From Nitrospirae bacterium JdFR-86 (GTDB taxonomy: Bacteria > Nitrospirota > Thermodesulfovibrionia > Thermodesulfovibrionales > JdFR-86): a stretch of 64,000 nucleotides of DNA. Numbering within the stretch: position 1 is the stretch's first letter; the number at the start of each line of letters is the position of its first letter. The translations under genes and the position numbers were made by a program. Below, piece after piece: positions 57,724 through 64,000 of the stretch. The notes under the pieces were generated by a model. The model saw only the letters and a list, made by a program, of their open reading frames with translations, searched no databases and was not told the origin of the DNA. The stretch lies in NCBI GenBank assembly GCA_002011815.1, contig MTOV01000002.1:3246-67245 (forward strand), read 5' to 3'.

Positions 57724-59250
57724 ATGGAACAGATGAATACATTAGGTTATCCAATATTAAGCTCAGTGATTTTTGTGCCTATTATCGGCGCTATTCTAAT
57801 GCTGCTAATAAAACGGACAAATGAATCTCTAATAAAATGGAGTGCGCTTTTCTTCAGCATCCTGACATTTATTCTTTCGCTCCCCTTGTTTACCAATTTC
57901 GATAAGAAAACCCATAAAATGCAGTTTGTTGAACACCACGAGTGGATACCTGCATGGAACATAAATTACAGTCTTGGGGTTGACGGTATAAGCGTGCTTT
58001 TTGTATTGCTTTCCACGCTGATTACTATCACATGCGTTCTTGTATCATGGAATTCCATAAAGACCAAGCTTAAGGAGTTCTACATTGCGCTTCTGCTTAT
58101 AGAAGGCGCGATGATAGGTGTCTTCTGCGCCCTGGATTTCTTCCTGTTTTACATCTTCTGGGAGGCAATGCTCATTCCTATGTTCATTCTCATAGGGGTA
58201 TGGGGAGGACCCAGAAGAGTATACGCAGCGATAAAGTTCTTCCTCTATACGCTTGTAGGAAGCGTGCTCATGCTTGTCGGAATAATAGTGCTGTATTTTT
58301 ATGGTGGAAAGACGTTTGATATCCTTAAGCTCTCAGTAATGAATTATCCTTATTCTATGCAGCTGTGGCTTTTCTGGGCGTTCTTTGCAGCCTTTGCAGT
58401 CAAAGTCCCGATGTTTCCTGTTCATACATGGCTTCCTGACGCACACACAGAGGCGCCGACAGCAGGCAGTGTCATACTTGCCGGCATTCTCATAAAGATG
58501 GGTGCATACGGTTTTCTGAGGTTTTCGCTTCCGTTCTTCCCTGATGCCTCAAAGGCAATGACCCCTGTGATGATGACCCTTTCGGTAATAGCCATAATCT
58601 ACGGTGCAGTGGTATGCCTTGCACAAACGGATTTGAAGAGGCTCATAGCCTACAGTTCAGTAAGCCACATGGGGTTTGTAACGCTCGGCATCTTTGCAAT
58701 GAACGTGAATGGTCTTGAAGGCGGAATACTACAGATGATAAACCACGGTATCGTCACAGGAGCGTTGTTCCTTTCAGTGGGAATAATCTATGACAGAACC
58801 CACTCAAGAGAGATTGCAGACTACGGAGGAGTAGCCACAGTGCTTCCTGTGTACGCTGCATTCTTTATGGTATTTACGCTTGCCTCAATAGGGCTTCCGG
58901 GAATGAACGGGTTTATCGGTGAGTTCCTTATAATCTTAGGCGGGTTTGCAGCAAAGAAATGGGCAGGTGTGCTTGCGGCAACAGGCATAATCATCGGCGC
59001 AGCTTATATGCTCTGGCTTTATCAGAGAGTGTTCTTTATGGAAGTCAACCCGAAAGTCCAAGGACTTTCCGATGTCAACCTGAGGGAGATAATAACCCTT
59101 CTTCCAATGGTCATACTCATATTCTGGATAGGTGTCTATCCGAACACATTTTTGAGCTTCATGCATGTCTCAGTGCAGCACCTGATTGACAGGCTGAACA
59201 TCGGCACCGCACCTGAGATGACACTGGCAAAACTGCTCTTCTTTAAATAA
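57724..59250 (+). CDS. nuoM: NADH-quinone oxidoreductase subunit M
   Basis: 508 aa. FWEAMLIPMFILIGVWGG and HTWLPDAHTEAPTAGSVILAGILIKMG are collinear with E. coli NuoM as I recall it. Confidence 0.9.
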   Translation: MEQMNTLGYPILSSVIFVPIIGAILMLLIKRTNESLIKWSALFFSILTFILSLPLFTNFDKKTHKMQFVEHHEWIPAWNINYSLGVDGISVLFVLLSTLITITCVLVSWNSIKTKLKEFYIALLLIEGAMIGVFCALDFFLFYIFWEAMLIPMFILIGVWGGPRRVYAAIKFFLYTLVGSVLMLVGIIVLYFYGGKTFDILKLSVMNYPYSMQLWLFWAFFAAFAVKVPMFPVHTWLPDAHTEAPTAGSVILAGILIKMGAYGFLRFSLPFFPDASKAMTPVMMTLSVIAIIYGAVVCLAQTDLKRLIAYSSVSHMGFVTLGIFAMNVNGLEGGILQMINHGIVTGALFLSVGIIYDRTHSREIADYGGVATVLPVYAAFFMVFTLASIGLPGMNGFIGEFLIILGGFAAKKWAGVLAATGIIIGAAYMLWLYQRVFFMEVNPKVQGLSDVNLREIITLLPMVILIFWIGVYPNTFLSFMHVSVQHLIDRLNIGTAPEMTLAKLLFFK

Positions 59251-59262
59251 TTTCGACCATTT

Positions 59263-59601
59263 AAAACCCCCTTTGAAAATTTCAGGTTCATGAAGGAGAC
59301 CGGAGGGTTAAAAATTTTTGCATGTCTGAGGTCGGCTCGACCGAGTTCTGCAAAAATTTACCGGAGGCCGACTGAATGAACCGCCCGGAAATTTTCATGG
59401 GGCGCCCTTTTTGCGCTACTTTTTGGGCGAGCAAAAAGTAGCAAGGGGTTTGGGACGGAGACCGACCAATACGTTTGAAGCACTCTTTAAAAGTGGCTGT
59501 GCCACCGAGCAAAAAGTAGCAAAAGGGTTTTGGAAATTTCAGGAGGTTGAAGCAACTCTGTGCGAAGACTCGCTTCGAGGCGAAGCGTTAAGAATTAATC
59601 C
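59263..59601 (+). repeat. structured intergenic repeat, copy D (one core unit plus a rearranged partial second unit)
   Basis: The core is collinear with copy C (AAACCCCCTTTGAAAATTTCAGG ... GCTACTTTTTG-GGCGAG-CAAAAAGTAGC). A truncated terminus GACCAATACG follows. Then come a second GAGCAAAAAGTAGCAA and GGAAATTTCAGG...GCGTTAAGAATTAAT. Confidence 0.8.
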
Positions 59602-59619
59602 ATAGAGGCAGCGATGCTG

Positions 59620-61005
59620 TTACTTTTTAGCCCGCTTCAGTATTTCCCTTGCTGCAACTATGCCTGAGACCGATGCCTGAACAAGTCCCCTGCTTACACC
59701 AGCACCGTCACCCACTGCAAAAAGGTTTTTTACCTCTGTCTCGAGTGCTTCGGTAAGTTTAAGCTGCATGGAGTAGAACTTTACCTCAACACCGTAAAGC
59801 AGGGTGTGCCTTGAGTTTACACCAGGTGCGATTCTGTCCATTGCCTCAAGCATCTCAAGAATATCTGAGATGTATCTGTAGGGGATTACAAAGCTTAAGT
59901 CCCCGGGTGTGGCGTCCTTCAGAGTAGGCCTTACAAGTCCTCTTGAGAGTCTTTCAGGGGTTGAGCGTCTTCCCATACGAAGGTCGCCGAGCCTCTGCAC
60001 GATAACGCCACCGCCTAAGAAATTGGCAAGCCCTGCTATATACCTGCCGTAAGAGATAGGCTCATTGAAAGGCTCTGTAAACGTAGTGCTTACAAGAAGT
60101 GCAAAATTGGTATTGTTCGTTTTTCTTCCTGCATAGCTGTGACCGTTTACAGTCCAGATGCCCTTAAGATACTCCTTGACGACCTCGCCGTAAGGGTTTA
60201 CGCAGAACGTTCTGACCTTGTCGTCAAAGCTTTTTGAATAAAAAAGGAGCTTTGGCTCATAAGCTGCCGAGGTGAGATGCTCAAATACCGAGGCAGGGAC
60301 CTCCACTCTGACGCCTATATCCACAGGGTTTTTAAGCACAGAAAGCTTAAGCCTTTTGGTCTCCTCTTCAAGCCACTTCGACCCTTCCCTTCCTGGCGCC
60401 AGTATCACATACTCTGCTTGAATCTCAGTGCCGTCCTTAAGCCGCACCCCTTGGACTTTTTTATTTTTTACAATCACCTTTTCAACATCAGAATCAAATA
60501 TTGTTGAAACATGATGGTTCAGGTGCTTCTTCATGTTTTTCAGGACTTTCCCGCACCTGTCCGTGCCTATGTGTCTTATTCTCGTGGGAACGAACATAAG
60601 GTCATTTTTAGAGGCAAGTCTTTCAAGCTCCTGTATCTTCTCCCTGTCTCCGCCGTAAATCTTTTTGGGTGCGCCGAATCTCATGTATATCTTGTCCACA
60701 TAATCTATCAGTGATTCGAGCTTATCCCTTTCCATGTACCTCAGGAGGAAGCCGCCTATGTCAGGCGAAAGGTTGAGCTTTCCGTCGCTGAATGCACCTG
60801 CCCCGCCCCAGCCACTTAAAAGAGCACACTCACGACAGGCATTGCAGGAGATGTCCCTTAACTTCATAGGACAGTAGCGTTTGTCAAGGTCCTTGCCCTT
60901 TTCTATGATAAGTATCTTGAGGGACTTATCCCCCTTTATAAGCTCCAGGGAGGAGAATATGCCCGCAGGTCCGGCGCCAACAATGATTACGTCGTATTTT
61001 TTCAT
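59620..61005 (-). CDS. FAD-dependent oxidoreductase (uncharacterised dehydrogenase family)
   Basis: 461 aa. The N-terminal dinucleotide-binding motif is DVIIVGAGPAGIF, with a C-terminal GDGAG. Confidence 0.65.
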   Translation of the reverse strand: MKKYDVIIVGAGPAGIFSSLELIKGDKSLKILIIEKGKDLDKRYCPMKLRDISCNACRECALLSGWGGAGAFSDGKLNLSPDIGGFLLRYMERDKLESLIDYVDKIYMRFGAPKKIYGGDREKIQELERLASKNDLMFVPTRIRHIGTDRCGKVLKNMKKHLNHHVSTIFDSDVEKVIVKNKKVQGVRLKDGTEIQAEYVILAPGREGSKWLEEETKRLKLSVLKNPVDIGVRVEVPASVFEHLTSAAYEPKLLFYSKSFDDKVRTFCVNPYGEVVKEYLKGIWTVNGHSYAGRKTNNTNFALLVSTTFTEPFNEPISYGRYIAGLANFLGGGVIVQRLGDLRMGRRSTPERLSRGLVRPTLKDATPGDLSFVIPYRYISDILEMLEAMDRIAPGVNSRHTLLYGVEVKFYSMQLKLTEALETEVKNLFAVGDGAGVSRGLVQASVSGIVAAREILKRAKK

Positions 61006-61006
61006 C

Positions 61007-61420
61007 TTATTTACTGCCTATAAATTTTAAGGCGACTCTTCTGTGCCTTGGACCATCAAACTCACAGAAATAAACAGCCTGCCATGTGCCCAAAATAAGC
61101 CTGCCTTCGTCCACCGGAACATACTGTGAGACACCGACAAGAGTGGATTTGATATGGGCATCTGAATTTCCTTCACGATGATGATAATTCATCTCATAAG
61201 GTATAAGCTTTGACAGCATGTACTGTATGTCTCGCTGTACAGAAGGATCTGCCCCTTCGTTTATCGTAACACCTGCTGTAGTATGAGGCACATATATATA
61301 ACATACCCCGCTTTCAACCCGCGCCTCTTTGAGAATATCATTAATCCTGTCTGTAATATCAATGAATTCAGTCCTCTGCCTGCTTTTGACATTCAAATAC
61401 CAGAGCATAAAAACCTCCAA
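61007..61420 (-). CDS. YjbQ/UPF0047 family protein (secondary thiamine-phosphate synthase-like)
   Basis: 137 aa. HTTAGVTINE, HIKSTL and LGTWQ motifs are typical of UPF0047. Confidence 0.75.
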   Translation of the reverse strand: MEVFMLWYLNVKSRQRTEFIDITDRINDILKEARVESGVCYIYVPHTTAGVTINEGADPSVQRDIQYMLSKLIPYEMNYHHREGNSDAHIKSTLVGVSQYVPVDEGRLILGTWQAVYFCEFDGPRHRRVALKFIGSK

Positions 61421-61423
61421 TAC

Positions 61424-62446
61424 CTATCCTTCGGCTTCACCAAAATTAAACACCTCGTCATAAAACCCTTCATCCACCGAAAACTCAATACCAAGTGAAA
61501 TAAGATTAGCCGGGGTGTTAAAAACCCTGAGTCTCATTATATCTTTTTCCGTGGTGATTATCCAGTCAGCATTACTCTTCAAAGCGGCAGACCCTATGCG
61601 CCTGATGTCGCTTTCTTTATATCTGTAATGGTCTCTGTATGCACTGAATCCCTTGACAATAGCACCTGACGCCTCAAGCAAGGCTCTGAAAGACTCAGGC
61701 TCTGCAATTCCGCAAAACCCGTATACACTCTTGCCTGAAAGCCATTCAACCGGCAGTTGACCTGCAGAGGAAGTCATAACATAAGAAAGACTATGACCGG
61801 CTTTAAAAACAGGAGCTTGAGGATTATATCTTCTTATCTCATCTATTAGTTCCTGACAATCCGTATTCATGCTCTTTGTTATAACGATTATGTCAGCCCT
61901 TTTTATCTCTTTAAGAGGCTCTCTTAATGGTCCCATCGGCAGGAGTTTTCTGTTTCCGAACGGGTCTTGAGCGTTAATAAGAAGAATATCCTTATCCCTG
62001 AAAAGCCGCCTGTGCTGAAACCCGTCATCAAGAACAAAAAGGGGCACAGCCCCTCCTTCACGGCTTAAAACTCCTTCTTTAAGGGCATACATGCCGGCTT
62101 CATACCTGTCAGCGCCTTTTATAACAGGAACACCTTTTAGTTTTTCAGCCATCAGGAGAGGTTCATCGCCTGCGTCTTTTTCACTCATGGATTTGTCTAT
62201 AACACAAGGTCCTTTAACCCTGCCTTTGTAGCCTCTGGTAAGGACAGCAGGTCTGAATCCCCTTCTGAGTGCTTCCTTCACTACCGCCACTGTTGCAGGC
62301 GTTTTGCCAGTGCCACCGACAGTTATATTGCCTATGCTTATGACCCTTGCAGGCAGCCTCCTCTGCCTTCTGAGGTCATACGCGCTTTTAACCCTGTAGC
62401 CCAAATAATATAAGAATTCAAACAGCCCCAAGGTATTTCTCCACAA
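61424..62446 (-). CDS. lpxK: tetraacyldisaccharide 4'-kinase
   Basis: 340 aa with the P-loop ISIGNITVGGTGKTP and ILDDGFQH. It follows waaA with a 29-nt overlap. Confidence 0.85.
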   Translation of the reverse strand: MWRNTLGLFEFLYYLGYRVKSAYDLRRQRRLPARVISIGNITVGGTGKTPATVAVVKEALRRGFRPAVLTRGYKGRVKGPCVIDKSMSEKDAGDEPLLMAEKLKGVPVIKGADRYEAGMYALKEGVLSREGGAVPLFVLDDGFQHRRLFRDKDILLINAQDPFGNRKLLPMGPLREPLKEIKRADIIVITKSMNTDCQELIDEIRRYNPQAPVFKAGHSLSYVMTSSAGQLPVEWLSGKSVYGFCGIAEPESFRALLEASGAIVKGFSAYRDHYRYKESDIRRIGSAALKSNADWIITTEKDIMRLRVFNTPANLISLGIEFSVDEGFYDEVFNFGEAEG

Positions 62447-63713
62447 CCCTGACTGCCCTGTCCACAGCCCCGCTGTTCTTTTTCAAAAGCTCCTCGGCTC
62501 TTTTTCCAATTGACTGCCTTTTTTCAGGAGATGACAACAGTTCTTTTAAGACATCGTAAAGGTTTGAATTGTCAGCCCTTAGTGCGGCACCGGCACTGTA
62601 GAACTCTTCCACAAAGGGAAAGTTTTCCATGTGAGGTCCACACACCACCGGCTTGCCCCAGTATGCAGGCTCAAGCGGATTATGACCGCCATGCTCTATA
62701 AAACTGCCTCCGACTACAGCTACATCAGATATCCCGTACACAGATGAAAGCTCACCAATAGTGTCAAGTAAAACAACCATGCCTGAAACAGAACCCGAAA
62801 TCCTGCTTCTTCTGACATACAGAACTCCCCTTGCCTTTAGAAGGCTTTCAACCTCATCAAATCTCTCAGGATGCCTTGGAGCTATGATTAAATTCAAATC
62901 CTTGAAATCCTCCCTGAGCTTAACAAATACAGAGACCATTAACTCCTCTTCACCTTTATGCGTGCTTCCAGCTACAATCACCGGAGGAGTCAGGTTTTCA
63001 GCCCATGCTGGTTTTTCAAGTGATAGTTTAATATCGAACTTAAAACTCCCTGTAATTATTACATTTTCTTCCTTCGCTCCAAGCTCTATTATCCGTCGGG
63101 CATAGATGTCGTCCTGCATGCAGAACATGTCAACGTCCTGTATAACTTTTTTCATGAAGAACTTTATCTTCTTATAGCCTTCAAAGGAGTTGTCTGAGAT
63201 TCGTCCGTTAAGGACGACTACAGGTATTCCGTTGGCTTTGAGGGTTCTGAATGTATTGGGCCACATCTCAGTCTCAACAGTGACAAAAAGTGAAGGCTTT
63301 AACCTGTTTATTGCCCTTTTGATGATAAAACCCATATCAAAAGGCACATATATTACATCTGCCAGTCCTGAGAGGCGTTCACGTGCGACTTTCTGCCCTG
63401 TATCCGTTACAGTAGAGACTATTATCTTCAGGCTGGGGTGTCTTTCTTTAAGCGCTTTAATAAAGGATGAGGCAGCTATAGCTTCTCCCACAGAGACCGC
63501 ATGAACCCACAGAGTCACAGACCCATCCTCCAGAGTCACAGACCCTTTCTCCAGGGTCACAGACCCACCCTCCCTGATTACAGACACGTCTGGCACTGCG
63601 CCCAGTTTTTCACGCAGCCATCTTTTTCTTATGTCTTTCGGTCTTTTGTAGTATTCAAAAGGGAACAAAAAGACCTGAACTATAAGGTATATCAGACTAT
63701 AAAGCAGACGCAT
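62418..63713 (-). CDS. waaA: 3-deoxy-D-manno-octulosonic acid (Kdo) transferase, with an in-frame heptapeptide repeat near the N-terminus
   Basis: 431 aa. [24 protein letters not shown] and [14 protein letters not shown] are collinear with E. coli WaaA as I recall it. Confidence 0.85.
   Translation of the reverse strand: MRLLYSLIYLIVQVFLFPFEYYKRPKDIRKRWLREKLGAVPDVSVIREGGSVTLEKGSVTLEDGSVTLWVHAVSVGEAIAASSFIKALKERHPSLKIIVSTVTDTGQKVARERLSGLADVIYVPFDMGFIIKRAINRLKPSLFVTVETEMWPNTFRTLKANGIPVVVLNGRISDNSFEGYKKIKFFMKKVIQDVDMFCMQDDIYARRIIELGAKEENVIITGSFKFDIKLSLEKPAWAENLTPPVIVAGSTHKGEEELMVSVFVKLREDFKDLNLIIAPRHPERFDEVESLLKARGVLYVRRSRISGSVSGMVVLLDTIGELSSVYGISDVAVVGGSFIEHGGHNPLEPAYWGKPVVCGPHMENFPFVEEFYSAGAALRADNSNLYDVLKELLSSPEKRQSIGKRAEELLKKNSGAVDRAVRVVEKYLGAV
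63510..63572. repeat. 3 perfect-period 21-bp tandem units inside waaA (encode [21 protein letters not shown]), plus a degenerate fourth unit to about 63590
   Basis: The units are cagagtcacagacccatcctc / cagagtcacagaccctttctc / cagggtcacagacccaccctc. Each contains a GxGTC-ACA-GACCC palindrome. Confidence 0.9.
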
Positions 63714-64000
63714 CTTTACCGGAACGAGACCCCTCGTCAGCTGGATTTAAATCGAACTGGAGGCTGTAGAGCTTTTTATAAATCCCGTTTGCAGCCAGAA
63801 GCTCATCATGGCTTCCGACTTCTACAATCCTTCCTTTATCAAGCACTATTATGCGGTCAGCCTTCTTTATGGTGGATAGCCTGTGGGCGATAACAAATAT
63901 TGTAGGCTGGCTGGCAGAGTTGCCAGAGGCAGGCTGTGTCCCTGCTATAAGCTCATCAAGGGCTTTCTGCACCATGAGTTCGGACTGTGTATCAAGCGAA
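63697..64000 (-). CDS. msbA: ABC transporter ATP-binding/permease, MsbA-like (C-terminal part; 5' end off the window)
   Basis: The frame is open to the window edge. It reads ..[17 protein letters not shown]...[33 protein letters not shown] (D-loop and H-loop). The stop overlaps the waaA start. Context is msbA-waaA-lpxK. Confidence 0.7.
   Translation of the reverse strand, partial: SLDTQSELMVQKALDELIAGTQPASGNSASQPTIFVIAHRLSTIKKADRIIVLDKGRIVEVGSHDELLAANGIYKKLYSLQFDLNPADEGSRSGKDASAL

Noticed and set aside
1-64000. I looked for prophage, integrase, transposase, toxin-antitoxin, restriction-modification or other defence-island hallmarks, and for tRNA or rRNA genes.
   Set aside because: No ORF has recognisable integrase, transposase, phage-structural, Cas or restriction-modification motifs. 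I noticed no tRNA-like T-arm consensus or rRNA-like sequence. The AddAB-like pair looks like ordinary recombinational repair. The only mobile-looking DNA is the non-coding repeat family.

Overview
This looks like a chromosomal window from a Gram-negative-type bacterium. The lpxK-waaA-msbA genes, a 13-gene nuo operon and a Tll0287-type heme-c sensor fit that; the taxon cannot be determined without database searches. I call about 55 CDS and find no rRNA, tRNA, CRISPR array, integrase or transposase. Housekeeping blocks are pncB/pncA, coaD-rsmD, an AddAB-like helicase-nuclease pair, oppBC-like permeases, pyrE, nadA, tkt, secA, nuoA-M and lpxK-waaA-msbA. They surround a large signalling region. 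That region holds a chemosensory pathway split into two minus-strand blocks (cheW-mcp-HEAT-cheR-cheB and cheY-cheA-exeA-like ATPase). Between the blocks lie a 7-gene PAS/GAF/HD-GYP/histidine-kinase/receiver island and a secA-diguanylate cyclase-MglA-like GTPase operon. Observations most worth a second look: (1) nuoB carries an in-frame TGA exactly at the first cysteine of the conserved tandem-Cys motif that ligates Fe-S cluster N2. A SECIS-like hairpin follows it. The stop is either a candidate selenocysteine, an error or a pseudogene. (2) A family of about 260-bp structured intergenic repeats has covarying stems and 15-bp inverted termini, with 5 copies. One copy sits where nuoN would be expected. 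(3) A 21-bp palindrome-containing minisatellite occurs both in an intergenic repeat hotspot and expanded in frame inside waaA. (4) An MCP combines a periplasmic CxxCH heme-c sensor domain with a C-terminal cytoplasmic PhnD-like binding domain. (5) A recurrent Cys/His-decorated PAS module appears six times in the sensory island, and the two HD-GYP genes show evidence of gene conversion. (6) Several operon-leading genes have near-consensus promoters placed so that the mRNA would be leaderless. All functional calls rest on motif recognition by eye; no searches were run.
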